Shown in pieces: positions 19,308 to 29,326 of a stretch of 64,000 nt of DNA. The position numbers were made by a program, and so were the translations under genes. Position 1 is the stretch's first letter; each line of letters opens with the position of its first letter. Origin of the DNA: Candidatus Sungiibacteriota bacterium (lineage in GTDB: Bacteria; Patescibacteriota; Minisyncoccia; Sungbacterales; HO2-52-23); contig CP066690.1 in NCBI GenBank assembly GCA_016432465.1, positions 850,724 to 914,723 of the forward strand. Direction: 5' to 3'. The notes beneath the pieces were generated by a model that did no database searches, was not told the DNA's origin, and worked only from the letters and a program-made list of their open reading frames with translations.

Positions 19308-19557
19308 TTTTAACCCAAATGAACGTATAATTCAGATGAAGCTCCGTGGACTTAGCCTACTCCGCGCGCCGTCGCCAAAGCTATGGCGGCGTGCGACCGT
19401 AGTCTCGCTAGAAGCGGGACGAAGGCCGGGCGCCCGCGGTATCTTCGGCGGAATCCGCCAAAGCATATCGCAAGGTAGACTCTTCGATAAGCTCAGGGTA
19501 TCCGTCTCGCATTCATCCGCTGGTTTACGCCCGCGGTTTTCTGCGAAGGCGGATAAA
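19308..19557. mobile_element. Composite MITE/REP-like element (family B) with nested hairpin repeats
   Basis: Multiple GC hairpins, nested CTTCGATAAGCTCAGG repeat (also at about 2947), end TTTTCTGCGAAGGCGGATAAA. Confidence 0.55.
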
Positions 19558-19576
19558 ATCTCTTTGGGATTGAAAC

Positions 19577-20281
19577 ATGTCGGCCATCATTATTACCCCA
19601 ACCTATAACGAAAAAGGCAATCTTAAAATTCTTCTTGAGAAGATTTTTAGTTTACAATTACCAGATCTCCAGGTAATGGTGGTGGATGATAACTCTCCCG
19701 ATGGAACCGGTGAGTTGGCGGAAGAATTGGCGCAGCACTACCACCTATGGGTGCTGCATCGTGTTCGCAGAGAAGGACTGGGCCGGGCCTATATCCATGC
19801 TTTTCAGGAAGTTTTAAGGGCGGGGAAGGCACCAGATTATGTTATTCAGATGGACGCCGACATGTCGCATGATCCGCTTGTGATTCCCTGTTTTTTAGAA
19901 AAAATAAAAACATGCGATCTCGTGCTTGGATCACGGTATGTAAAGGGGGGAGAAATTATAAATTGGGGGATTCCCCGAAGAGTTATAAGTTTTTTGGGAA
20001 ATCTTTTTGCGCGTCTGGTCTTGGGCCTGCCCCATCGTGATCTCACCGGAGGATTTAAATGCTGGCGAATAGGGTTGCTTAAAGCTATTGATTTAAATTC
20101 TTTAAGTTCCAACGGATATAATTTCCAGATTGAAACTACTTATAGAGCCCATCAAAAGGGCTTTAAAATCTGCGAGAGCCCCATTGCTTTTACGGAGCGA
20201 AAAACCGGAGTTTCTAAATTTAATCTTGGTATTATTTTAGAAAGTTTTTATAAGATACTTCTCCTTAAACTACGTGGCTAA
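19577..20281 (+). CDS. Polyprenol monophosphomannose synthase (GT2)
   Basis: PTYNE, VDDNSPDGT, QMDADMSHDP, GSRY and DLTGGFK. Confidence 0.9.
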   Translation: MSAIIITPTYNEKGNLKILLEKIFSLQLPDLQVMVVDDNSPDGTGELAEELAQHYHLWVLHRVRREGLGRAYIHAFQEVLRAGKAPDYVIQMDADMSHDPLVIPCFLEKIKTCDLVLGSRYVKGGEIINWGIPRRVISFLGNLFARLVLGLPHRDLTGGFKCWRIGLLKAIDLNSLSSNGYNFQIETTYRAHQKGFKICESPIAFTERKTGVSKFNLGIILESFYKILLLKLRG

Positions 20282-21962
20282 AACCTTACGTTATACTTTA
20301 GTTGCTATTTTAATTATTGCCGCTCTGCTTCGTTTTTGGGGCATATCCGGGGGTGATGTTACCAACGATGAAGTATTTTATGCTTTTCGGGCGATCGGGC
20401 TAATGGATTTTGATCACGCTGAATTTCAGACCACGCCTTGGGAGTGGTTTGACCCCGGTATTCCGGGCTGGGCCAAAATTTCTTTTCATGACCACCCCCC
20501 GCTTGTATTTCTTGTGCAGCACGTTTTTATAAAGTTACTGGGGGAAAATCCCATTGCTTTTCGTCTCCCTTCTGCGCTTCTCGGCGTAGCGTCAGTTTAT
20601 CTATTATATCTTTTAGGTACGCTACTTTTTTCACGTAGTGCGGGTTTGGTTGGGGCAGCGATTCTCGCCGTTACCGTAAATAACGTGGCTCTGTCGCGTA
20701 TGGGACTGCAGGAACCATATGTGATTTTCTTCATGCTGCTTACCCTTTATTTTTTCCTGAAAGGTTTAAGACAAGACCGCTACTTTCTTTGGAGCGGTAT
20801 TTTCTTGGGACTAGGCCTTCTTACAAAATACAACACTTTTATTCTGGCCCCGATTTTATTTTCTTATTTATTATTTTTCCGACGGGACCTGATTTTTAAC
20901 AAATACTTATGGTTAGGGGGGCTCGCCGCCTTTATATTTTTTAGTCCGGTGATTTTTTACAATTTTAAAATGTATCAAGCCACCGGACATTTTGATTTTC
21001 AATTTTCTTATATTTTGGATCAGGATGTTCCGGAATGGCATGATGCTCCGGGCAAAAAGATTGGAACTCTCGCAGAGAGGGTAAAAGATTTTCTGCCGTT
21101 TATTTTTTACACAAATTCCTGGAGCACTCTTTTGCTTTTTGGCGCCTCATTCCCTGCTTTTTTGGGGGCGCTTTTGAAGAAATCCAAAGAAACATGGCAG
21201 AAATTTGCCGTGCCTCTTTTGTTCCTTTTTTGGTTGATAGTACTTATAGTGGGCTTTATTGGTCTTTCCTTTCGCTTTGTCAGCATGCTGACGCCCTTTA
21301 TGGCTCTTTTTTTAGCCGTGCCGCTTTCCCGGATAATAAAAGGGATAAGGGAGCGATTTAGAGTTTCTGTGACGGCGGTGGCCGGGGCGGTCGTTCTTTT
21401 ACTTCTGTTTCTTTTTGAAATTTTTTATTCAGTCAACAGCCAGTTGATTGAATATCCTCGCGGTCCGCAAAATTTATTGTGGTCATCCATACGGTACGAA
21501 AATTATAATTGGGGCTATGATGATCTGGGTAGGTACTTTAAAAAAGAGTTTGAAGGCCGGATGCCCGCTTTTGTTTTTGATATGCAGTATAAGTTTCTGG
21601 AAGAGCTAAGAGACCGGGTTTTAAAAAAAGAAGCAGCGAGGGATCAGGCGCGCTATCCGGCTGTTATAATTCATTACGGGAATTTAGACGATGGCGCTAA
21701 ACTATGGAATCTAGACCGACTTATGACCTATCACGGCTGGCCGGTGCTAAGTCTGAAAGACTACTTTCTGTTGCAGAAAGAGAAAGGGTCTGACTTTTTT
21801 ATCAAAAGCGGATTTAAGTATTATTATTTTGTGTGGCAGACTAATATTGTTGTTGGAGAGGAATTCCGTTCTTTGGTGGAAGGCGGCACCCCGAATGTAA
21901 TTACCAATAAGCGTGGGGACCGGGCTTTTGTTGTGTACAAGAAAGTCTTAGAAGGAAAATGA
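20274..21962 (+). CDS. ArnT/PMT-family (GT-C) membrane glycosyltransferase
   Basis: NDEVFY, DHPPL, RLPSAL and LTKY motifs; multiple TMs. Confidence 0.85.
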   Translation: MAKTLRYTLVAILIIAALLRFWGISGGDVTNDEVFYAFRAIGLMDFDHAEFQTTPWEWFDPGIPGWAKISFHDHPPLVFLVQHVFIKLLGENPIAFRLPSALLGVASVYLLYLLGTLLFSRSAGLVGAAILAVTVNNVALSRMGLQEPYVIFFMLLTLYFFLKGLRQDRYFLWSGIFLGLGLLTKYNTFILAPILFSYLLFFRRDLIFNKYLWLGGLAAFIFFSPVIFYNFKMYQATGHFDFQFSYILDQDVPEWHDAPGKKIGTLAERVKDFLPFIFYTNSWSTLLLFGASFPAFLGALLKKSKETWQKFAVPLLFLFWLIVLIVGFIGLSFRFVSMLTPFMALFLAVPLSRIIKGIRERFRVSVTAVAGAVVLLLLFLFEIFYSVNSQLIEYPRGPQNLLWSSIRYENYNWGYDDLGRYFKKEFEGRMPAFVFDMQYKFLEELRDRVLKKEAARDQARYPAVIIHYGNLDDGAKLWNLDRLMTYHGWPVLSLKDYFLLQKEKGSDFFIKSGFKYYYFVWQTNIVVGEEFRSLVEGGTPNVITNKRGDRAFVVYKKVLEGK

Positions 21963-21972
21963 CCCCTCGTGG

Positions 21973-22293
21973 TTAGAGGGGCCGGCGTTGACGTTGTTTC
22001 TTTTGACGATTTTGGGCGGGATTTAATATGGCATGAAGCATAGCAGTCATTTGTCCAAAAGTAACTGGATCGTGAACGTAAAGAGCACTGGGATCATACA
22101 GGCGGCTTTTTTCAATCGCTCTGCCTACGTCCATCACACTTCCATCCGGCATAAGTTTCAGCTTTATTGTGAGTTGCTGCGACGGAATCCAAAATGTTAC
22201 TGTATTATTTTTTCGGTCAACTTCTACAGGCTTGATTTTTTCTTTCGGTGGTGGATTATCAATGCCCCACGGAAGAAATGTTTGTTGAACCAT
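21973..22293 (-). CDS. Hypothetical protein
   Basis: GGGAGG SD, 106-aa ORF. Confidence 0.55.
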   Translation of the reverse strand: MVQQTFLPWGIDNPPPKEKIKPVEVDRKNNTVTFWIPSQQLTIKLKLMPDGSVMDVGRAIEKSRLYDPSALYVHDPVTFGQMTAMLHAILNPAQNRQKKQRQRRPL

Positions 22294-22406
22294 TAGGGCC
22301 TCCCAGTTTTCTCTATTCTAACATAAGTAGATATAAAAAGCAATAGTCATAATGTAACCAAAAACCACCCCGACTGGTCGGGATGGTTTTTAAGGTTGCT
22401 AATGTG

Positions 22407-22835
22407 CTACATTCCCGTAGGACCCATGGGTCCCATAGGGGGTCGCTGTGGCATTGCCATAGGCATGCCAGCTTCTTTGGCATTTTTCCATGACCAAAGT
22501 GCCCAAAGGCCGATCACCAAATGTAGGAGGTTATCAAGTGTTTCAAGGCCCGCACCAAAAAAGTTTGCTCCTAATACAAATCCCCAGATTCCTACCACCA
22601 CACCCAGAATTCCCACAACCAGAGTAACAATTTTTTGGAATCCTTTTAAGGCAAAGACTACTATCAGTGCCACTATACCCAATACAATGTGCGCCCAGTT
22701 CTCGGCGTTATCAAACCACCAAGTCGAGCCAAAAATACTTGATTCCGCGGTTGGACCGATAATGCCAATTAATCCCAGAACCCCAACCGCTATAAGCACA
22801 ATACCGCCAATCTTAAGAAATGTTGCTGGATTCAT
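22407..22835 (-). CDS. DUF4383-like small membrane protein
   Basis: ENWAHIVLG and DNLLHLVIG repeats, 4 TM. Confidence 0.7.
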   Translation of the reverse strand: MNPATFLKIGGIVLIAVGVLGLIGIIGPTAESSIFGSTWWFDNAENWAHIVLGIVALIVVFALKGFQKIVTLVVGILGVVVGIWGFVLGANFFGAGLETLDNLLHLVIGLWALWSWKNAKEAGMPMAMPQRPPMGPMGPTGM

Positions 22836-22935
22836 TTTAGAAAAAGCTTATCTATACGACCTTTTATTGTTCATTTTATCATTTAAATAGAGGTGCTTGA
22901 ACTTCAGTTATCCACAGGGTTACAATAGGATCATC

Positions 22936-23421
22936 ATGAGTAAAACCCCGCTTTTTATTGCTATATTTGTGATATTGATTCTCGGAGGAGTGATCGTTTG
23001 GATTTTTATTTTCCCCCCCGAAGGTTGGAAACCCGCACCCCCACCACAAAATAAAGAGGTTTCCGAGACACCCGCATCTTTGCCTTCCGGCCGCACTACC
23101 CGCATAAGCGAAGAGGATACCGCCAAGTTACCTTTAATTACGTACTCGTCCGATGGTTTTTCCCCAAGAACTATCAGGGTAAAGGAAGGAGATTCAGGAG
23201 TAAATTGTTTGGTGGCTGTTTTAAATAAAGACAGCGCTCCGCTGGCCCTGGGATTAGGGAAGTATGATCCTAAAATTACACCGTCTTATGCCTCTATTCC
23301 GACAGGAGAAAGTATGCTTTTGGATCCCCGTTTTCGCGTCGCCGAAATTATCTTTCATAATCACGCCAAACCCCATCACGAGTTTTCAGTGATTCTTGAA
23401 GGAGAGTGCCAATTAGATTAA
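22936..23421 (+). CDS. Membrane-anchored cupredoxin-like protein
   Basis: N-terminal TM; ITYSSDGFSPRTIRVKEGD...FHNH. Confidence 0.5.
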   Translation: MSKTPLFIAIFVILILGGVIVWIFIFPPEGWKPAPPPQNKEVSETPASLPSGRTTRISEEDTAKLPLITYSSDGFSPRTIRVKEGDSGVNCLVAVLNKDSAPLALGLGKYDPKITPSYASIPTGESMLLDPRFRVAEIIFHNHAKPHHEFSVILEGECQLD

Positions 23422-24408
23422 AACTTCCCCGGCAATTTCCGGATGTCCTCGTAAAAAGTCTTGTACAACAAGAGATTTTTTACCCTCAAGGGTGAGTTTT
23501 TTTATTTCCAGATTTTGATGGCCGGTCTTAACAAAAAGCTTCTGTCCCGTCTGCCAGACAAAGCCGGGCGTCCCTGCCGGCGCCTCATCCTGGGCTGTTT
23601 CTGCTTCTTCAATTCTTAGGCGCGATATTTTTTCGCGGGAAGGCCAAATAGTCCAAGTCCCGGGCCAAGGATTGAACGCGCGGATCATACGCTCAATTTC
23701 TTCTGCGGGCCGGGACCAGTTAATTCGGCCATCATCTTTTTTCAAAATTTTGGAATAGGTTGCTTGGGAGTCATCCTGCGGCATGGGCGTAATTTCACCC
23801 CGAATCCATTTGGGCACTGTTTCTATAAGGAGCTCCGCGCCTATTTCTGCAAGTTTATTTTGAAGTTCCCGACAGGTTATTTTATAATTTGTAACTTGCC
23901 CGCTCCGCCGAAGCTTGAGCGAAGCGAGTAATTTGTAATTTGCGACAATTGGTCCGTGATCCATTAGTTCATCAATTTTTATAATAGTCACGCCGGTTTC
24001 TTTGTCGCCGTGCAAAATTGTGTATTGTATTGGTGAAGGCCCTCGCCAACGGGGAAGCAAAGAGGGGTGGATATTCAGGGCGCCGTAGCGTGGAATTTCG
24101 AGAATATCTTTTGGAATAATTTTGCCGTAAGCGGCCACAATAAAAAGGTCAGCTTCGGGGAGCTCATTTCTAAAAGTTTCCGCGTTTAGTTTTTCCGGCT
24201 GAAAAACGTGAATTTTATGTTTTTGGGCCAAGACTTTTGCCGGCGGGGGAGTAATAATTTGGCTTCTCCCTATGGGTTCGTCCGGATTGGTAATGACGGC
24301 CGCGACGCTGTAACCATTTTTAATTAGCGCCTCAAGTGAAGGTAACGCAAATTCCGGCGTGCCCCAAAAAACAATTTTAATGTTTTTTGGTTCCATACCG
24401 ATTGGCAT
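23413..24408 (-). CDS. fmt: Methionyl-tRNA formyltransferase
   Basis: FWGTPEFA, NIHPSLLPRWRGPSPIQ and AFNPWPG. Confidence 0.97.
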   Translation of the reverse strand: MPIGMEPKNIKIVFWGTPEFALPSLEALIKNGYSVAAVITNPDEPIGRSQIITPPPAKVLAQKHKIHVFQPEKLNAETFRNELPEADLFIVAAYGKIIPKDILEIPRYGALNIHPSLLPRWRGPSPIQYTILHGDKETGVTIIKIDELMDHGPIVANYKLLASLKLRRSGQVTNYKITCRELQNKLAEIGAELLIETVPKWIRGEITPMPQDDSQATYSKILKKDDGRINWSRPAEEIERMIRAFNPWPGTWTIWPSREKISRLRIEEAETAQDEAPAGTPGFVWQTGQKLFVKTGHQNLEIKKLTLEGKKSLVVQDFLRGHPEIAGEVLI

Positions 24409-24967
24409 CTGTTATGTTTTCTGCTTTATCAATAAAAAGAATTCCCTCAAGATGATCCAGTTCGTGCTGCATAACCCGCGCGAAAAATCTGGAGGCGCCG
24501 CGGGTAATTTTTTTTCCTTGCTCATCGTAGGCCTCAACCGTGATTTTTTCGTGCCTCTGGACAGCTCCATATTTTCCGGGCACAGAAAGACAGCCTTCGG
24601 GACCTTCAATTTTAGTTGAAGAGGCTTTTTTAACTGCAGGATTTATAAAAACATAATATTTCCAGTCGCGTTTTTCATATGGCGGCTCACTTTTTTGGGA
24701 GACACTGTCGGCTTTGCTTCTTTGCCAGCCCTTTTTTTCCGCCTTATCAATTTCTTCGGCCTCCCCGGATACAATAAAAATCCGCAACGATTCTCCGACT
24801 TGCGGCGCAGCCAGTCCCACTCCATCAGGAGTATTTTTGAGCGCCTCTTTCATTTGGGAGATTAGACGTTGGACGCGGGAAGTGGGAATGCCGCCAACAG
24901 GTATTTCTGTGGCTTTTCTTCGTAGGACCCTACTCGGTTCTTTTACGATGGGAGTTGTTTTTTCCAC
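24377..24967 (-). CDS. def: Peptide deformylase
   Basis: GVGLAAPQVG, EGCLS and QHELDHLEG. Confidence 0.97.
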   Translation of the reverse strand: MEKTTPIVKEPSRVLRRKATEIPVGGIPTSRVQRLISQMKEALKNTPDGVGLAAPQVGESLRIFIVSGEAEEIDKAEKKGWQRSKADSVSQKSEPPYEKRDWKYYVFINPAVKKASSTKIEGPEGCLSVPGKYGAVQRHEKITVEAYDEQGKKITRGASRFFARVMQHELDHLEGILFIDKAENITDANRYGTKKH

Positions 24968-25358
24968 GTTTTCTTTTATCCCCCCACCTTCCCAGAATAT
25001 ACCGTAGCTTGCTGCGGGGATGAATGGGTGCCGTAGAAATTCTTCCCGCGGGGTCCAATACCCCGCTGGGAAGGTGGGGGGATTTATTTCCCTTTTTTCT
25101 TCTAAGGTTTTTGAATTTTACGCCCGGTTTTTTAGCAAGCCCCTTGAGCGCGGCAAAAAAATACTTTCCGCGCGCCTCAATAGGTAAATCTTCTTTTTCC
25201 AGTACCCGCCTAGCTAGAGCTCTAAGATCCGATTCATAGTAAAGTTTAGCAATTCCAAGATAAGCGGCAAAGCGTTTGGGCTCTTTCATCATTCGTGTAA
25301 TATCATCCGCCAAAACATGTTCTCTGGAATGAAGATGTTTATCGGGTTCAAGCTTCAT
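24930..25358 (-). CDS. Hypothetical protein carrying an in-frame MITE near its C-terminus
   Basis: GAGG SD; NKSPHLPSGVLDPAG...WGDK derives from the repeat. Confidence 0.6.
   Translation of the reverse strand: MKLEPDKHLHSREHVLADDITRMMKEPKRFAAYLGIAKLYYESDLRALARRVLEKEDLPIEARGKYFFAALKGLAKKPGVKFKNLRRKKGNKSPHLPSGVLDPAGRISTAPIHPRSKLRYILGRWGDKRKRGKNNSHRKRTE
24975..25087 (+). mobile_element. MITE family A copy (108 bp plus TTTAT duplication)
   Basis: Terminal inverted repeats ATCCCCCCACCTTCCCAG/CTGGGAAGGTGGGGGGAT; flanking TTTAT direct repeat. Confidence 0.85.
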
Positions 25359-25424
25359 ACCTCCTCAATTTTAGCAAAAAGTAATCAGTTGAGCAATTTT
25401 ATATTTTTATGCTATTATACAAAA

Positions 25425-26093
25425 ATGAAGCGGCGTGTTTTTATCGCGATTCCCGTTCCGGAGAATATGAAAAAGAAAGCGGGTGAATGGCAGAAAAAGC
25501 ATGCGGACTTAAAAGTGCGCTGGATAAAACCGGAAAATCTGCATATTACCGTAATTCCGCCCTGGTACGTTGATGAAAACCAACTTTATGAGGTTGCGAG
25601 ATTGTTGCCTTTTACGCTTAAGGGACTGGAATCGTTTCCCATCTTATTTTCTAAAGTGTTATTAGGCCCCCCAGGACAACAGAGCAGGCTCCTCTGGGCT
25701 GAAGGTATAACACCGAAAAAGTTTATCCCCCCACCTTCCCAGAATACCCCGCAGCTTGCTGCAGGGATGAATGGGCGCCGTAGAAATCCTTCCCGCGGGG
25801 TCCAATACCCCGCTGGGAAGGTGGGGGGATTTATAGAGTTGAAAGAGGGGTTTGAAGAAGCCCTGCTTGCAAACCCCAAAACAGGTTTTTACAAAAAAGA
25901 AAGTCGCCCGGCAAAACTGCATCTTACGATAGCGCGTTTCCGGCCGGGGTCCATAAAAAAATTACCCCAACCGACTGGGGTAGTGAACTGGAATTTTAAA
26001 GTAGGAGAAGTAAATCTTATGGAATCCCGCCTACAAAAGGGTGGGGCAGAATATGCGGTTCTGGAATCTGTTAAGTTTGGCCCCGACTTTTAA
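25425..26093 (+). CDS. thpR: RNA 2',3'-cyclic phosphodiesterase (2H family) with a 36-aa MITE insertion
   Basis: RVFIAI; two HxT motifs (LHITV, LHLTIAR). Confidence 0.9.
   Translation: MKRRVFIAIPVPENMKKKAGEWQKKHADLKVRWIKPENLHITVIPPWYVDENQLYEVARLLPFTLKGLESFPILFSKVLLGPPGQQSRLLWAEGITPKKFIPPPSQNTPQLAAGMNGRRRNPSRGVQYPAGKVGGFIELKEGFEEALLANPKTGFYKKESRPAKLHLTIARFRPGSIKKLPQPTGVVNWNFKVGEVNLMESRLQKGGAEYAVLESVKFGPDF
25722..25834 (+). mobile_element. MITE family A copy, in-frame in thpR
   Basis: Same TIRs and TTTAT duplication; net 108 bp. Confidence 0.88.
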
Positions 26094-26223
26094 GCGCAAT
26101 TTTATGGAGTTGAGCAAGATATGACCCCTTTATATGTTTATCGGTTTTTAATGCTTTTTTACAGATTTCACATTCTTCCATTTCCGGTATTTCTGGAAAA
26201 GGGGATTTGTAAGTCTCGGGCAT
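26071..26223 (-). CDS. Small CxxC protein (50 aa, MPETYKSPFPEIPEMEECEICKKALKTDKHIKGSYLAQLHKIALKSRGQT)
   Basis: Translated by hand; AGGGAGG SD upstream of ATG. Confidence 0.45.
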   Translation of the reverse strand: MPETYKSPFPEIPEMEECEICKKALKTDKHIKGSYLAQLHKIALKSRGQT

Positions 26224-26248
26224 AAGAATTTCCTCCCTAAAACGATCT

Positions 26249-27571
26249 ATGCATAGAATAACGGAAAAAAATCAAACTGTCCACTTCATTGGTATAGGCG
26301 GCATAGGAATCAGCGCCCTGGCCAAGTATTATTTTTCGCGAGGCAGCGTAATAAGCGGGTCTGATTTGATATCTTCCGAAATTACCGCCGAGCTTTTAAA
26401 GATGGGTGGAGACATAAAAATCGGTCCGCATAAAAAAGACAACCTTCCGAAAGACGCTTCCGCCGTTATTTATACTTCTGCCACACCCCTAAGTAATCCC
26501 GAATTAAACGAGGCTAAGCTTCGTAGGCTGAAGCCAAAAAATTACGCCCAAGCGCTGGGTAAACTTACCAAACAGTACCAGACCATTACTATTTCCGGCG
26601 CGCATGGAAAAAGCACTACCACGGCTTTGGCCGCATTGGTTCTTGAAGAGGGCTATTTGGATCCGACTGTTATTGTCGGCACCAAGGTAAAGGAATTTGG
26701 CAATTCCAATTTTCGCCGCGGCTTTGGAAAACATTTGATAATTGAAGCTGACGAGTGGAATAGATCTTTCCTTAATTATGCACCAGTGATTGCCGTAGTT
26801 ACTAATATAGATACCGAGCATCTGGATACTTATAGAACTTTTGCCGGAGTTAAGAAGACCTTTCAGAAATATCTGGAAAAGGTTCCTAAAGATGGCGCAA
26901 TTATAGCTAACTATGATGATCCTGAATTAAAATCTCTTGTCAAAAAAATCGGGAAAAAAGTTATTGGTTATTCGCTTCAAGATAAAGAAGCTTCGTCTGT
27001 AAGAAACGTACTGCGCATTCCCGGAGAGCATAATGTTTCCAATGCCTTGGCCGCGCTTAGGCTGGGACGGTTGCTGGGTGTCTGTGAGGCAGACATTTTG
27101 CGAGCCATATCGCGTTTCAGCGGCACGTGGCGAAGATTTGAGTTAAAAGGCATGCTCAACGGCGCCTATGTTTTTTCCGATTACGGCCACCATCCGCGGG
27201 AGATTACAGCAACTATTGCGGCAACGCGCGAGCGTTTCCCGTTTAGGCGCATCTGGTGCGTATATCAACCGCACCAGTACCAGCGCCTGATGTATTTGTG
27301 GAATGATTTTGTAGGCGCGTTTGATCGCGCTGACAAAGTTTGCCTTTTACCAGTATATGATGTGGTAGGACGCGAGACCAAAACCGCGCGCGCAAAAGTA
27401 AATTCCCTAAAACTAACTCATGAGTTGGTACGGCGCGGCAAAACCGCATTTCACCTAGACACGTTTGACGAAGCCAAAAATTTTATCCAGTCCGAGGCAC
27501 ACGCGGGAGACGTAATAATTGTTATGGGGGCTGGGGATATATATAATCTTAGCAACAAATTAGTATTATAA
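26249..27571 (+). CDS. murC: UDP-N-acetylmuramate--L-alanine ligase
   Basis: HFIGIGGIGISA, GAHGKSTTT, EADE and DYGHHP. Confidence 0.96.
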   Translation: MHRITEKNQTVHFIGIGGIGISALAKYYFSRGSVISGSDLISSEITAELLKMGGDIKIGPHKKDNLPKDASAVIYTSATPLSNPELNEAKLRRLKPKNYAQALGKLTKQYQTITISGAHGKSTTTALAALVLEEGYLDPTVIVGTKVKEFGNSNFRRGFGKHLIIEADEWNRSFLNYAPVIAVVTNIDTEHLDTYRTFAGVKKTFQKYLEKVPKDGAIIANYDDPELKSLVKKIGKKVIGYSLQDKEASSVRNVLRIPGEHNVSNALAALRLGRLLGVCEADILRAISRFSGTWRRFELKGMLNGAYVFSDYGHHPREITATIAATRERFPFRRIWCVYQPHQYQRLMYLWNDFVGAFDRADKVCLLPVYDVVGRETKTARAKVNSLKLTHELVRRGKTAFHLDTFDEAKNFIQSEAHAGDVIIVMGAGDIYNLSNKLVL

Positions 27572-27655
27572 AAGTTATCCACAGAATTAATGGCCATTTG
27601 ACAGTTTAGGGATAATCATGTTATGATTTATATGGGTTGCCTGGGGGAAAAAAGA

Positions 27656-27880
27656 ATGTGGCCTAATCAGAATCATCCGGAACGCAAGGACGACGAAGTA
27701 TTTTTGAGCAATATGGCATATCACGACTTTTTGAAGATACGCTGGCAAACTAAGAGATGCGGTCAATATCCTTATGCAAACGGCAAGCCGGTGAACGTCC
27801 CTGGTTTTTCTCCTGTTTTTGTAAAGAAATCAGAAATTCAAGAGTTTGGTCTTGAGCTTCCAAAAGTAGAGGAGGCATGA
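27656..27880 (+). CDS. Hypothetical protein
   Basis: TTGACA promoter at about 27598, GGGGGA SD; overlaps the next ORF (ATGA). Confidence 0.55.
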   Translation: MWPNQNHPERKDDEVFLSNMAYHDFLKIRWQTKRCGQYPYANGKPVNVPGFSPVFVKKSEIQEFGLELPKVEEA

Positions 27881-28113
27881 AGATGGTTACAGATCGTATG
27901 GTTTTTGCAGTAACAGCACAGGCGGGATCAGGAATGGAACTAAACCAGCTTTATGTTGAACTTTCCCAAGCGATCGCGGAGATTCTTCATCGGCATGGTT
28001 ATTATCTTGAAACAGCCGGGCGAAGAGCAGTATTTCAATCCACGCAGGAAAACATTGAGGAGCCGTTAAGCGAAAAAGATTGGCAGTATCTTAATATGAG
28101 GACCATTGTCTGA
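27877..28113 (+). CDS. Hypothetical protein
   Basis: AGGAGG SD, ATGA coupling, terminator at about 28138-28172. Confidence 0.55.
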   Translation: MKMVTDRMVFAVTAQAGSGMELNQLYVELSQAIAEILHRHGYYLETAGRRAVFQSTQENIEEPLSEKDWQYLNMRTIV

Positions 28114-28263
28114 TACGCCACAATCTTATTTGTGGATGCACCGCAAACCTTAAGGGGTTCTGCGGTGTTTTTTGTCCGCCGACTTCGGCCAGACCCCCCT
28201 ACCCTTGCATTAAAATTATTTTTGTGCTATTATTATTTTTAGATTAATCAAAGGAGGTGGGTC

Positions 28264-29244
28264 TTGGGTCTTTTACTTTGGACAGCCGTGTTTGTTTTCA
28301 GCGCCGCAGTTCTTATCAAATCAGCGGGCTGGTTTGTGAAAGGGGCAGAAGATATAGGATTGCGTTGGGGTATGCCACCATTTCTTATTGGTGCCACCAT
28401 TGTGGCCGCAGGAACTTCTCTGCCTGAACTTGCCTCGTCGCTAGCAGCGGTTACGAGGGGGGAAACAGGGTTGGTTATGGCCAATGTTGTGGGTTCGAAT
28501 ATCACCAATATCTTTTTGATTCTTGGTGTTGCTGCAATTTCAGCCGGCGGATTAAGGTTGGGATCTGACTTTTCATTATTGGAGTTAACAATGCTGCTGT
28601 TGGGGAACATTCTTCTTGCTGCAATTTCTTGGAATGGGATTGTGGGTACATTGGCGGGATTGTTTCTTCTTGGCAATTTTATCGTCTATATCGTATTTAA
28701 GTTCTTGAGAGAATCACGGTTTTTAGTAGGAGAATCTATGCGAGATATACGTGGACGGGCGAAGTTGGCAGGAGACATGGGTTTACCGCGGCTTTCAACT
28801 TCAAGAAGTGTCGTCTTGTTGAGCATGGGGATTGTTGGTCTTTCTTTGGGCGCGCAGTATGTCATAGAGTCAATCCTTTCACTTTCCCGCCTCCTCCATA
28901 TCCCCGGTACACTTATCGCTATTACCGCTTTGGCTATTGGTACTTCGCTTCCTGAACTTGTGGTGTCGGTAAGCGCTGTTTTAAAGAAAAAGGAAGGAAT
29001 TGCGGTAGGCAATATCATAGGATCCAATATTTTTAACGCTCTCTTTATTGTAGGCCTTTTGGCACCTTTTAAGGACCTACGGGTTGATATGCTAACCAGA
29101 AAAGTCGGGTTGCCGTTCTTGATTTTGTCAGCGGTATTAATAATTTGGCCGTGGTTCAAAGGAGAGATTACCAGACGGTCGGGCATAGTATATCTTCTGA
29201 TCTTCCTGATTTTTCTCACGCTTCTGGCGGGCTCTCTGGGTTAA
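28264..29244 (+). CDS. Calcium/sodium (CaCA family) antiporter
   Basis: Duplicated alpha repeats GTSLPE...GSNI. Confidence 0.92.
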   Translation: MGLLLWTAVFVFSAAVLIKSAGWFVKGAEDIGLRWGMPPFLIGATIVAAGTSLPELASSLAAVTRGETGLVMANVVGSNITNIFLILGVAAISAGGLRLGSDFSLLELTMLLLGNILLAAISWNGIVGTLAGLFLLGNFIVYIVFKFLRESRFLVGESMRDIRGRAKLAGDMGLPRLSTSRSVVLLSMGIVGLSLGAQYVIESILSLSRLLHIPGTLIAITALAIGTSLPELVVSVSAVLKKKEGIAVGNIIGSNIFNALFIVGLLAPFKDLRVDMLTRKVGLPFLILSAVLIIWPWFKGEITRRSGIVYLLIFLIFLTLLAGSLG

Positions 29245-29326
29245 TTCGTAAATAGGGGTCGTGCTTCTTTTGGGCACGGCTTTTTGATGATTTGACTCCA
29301 GCCCAGACTCCTTTAAAATACATGCT

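Noticed and set aside
19303-19608. ORFs translated from REP/MITE clusters (also 15094, 32114, 41524)
   Set aside because: Products of GC-rich palindromic repeats, with no SD or protein-like features
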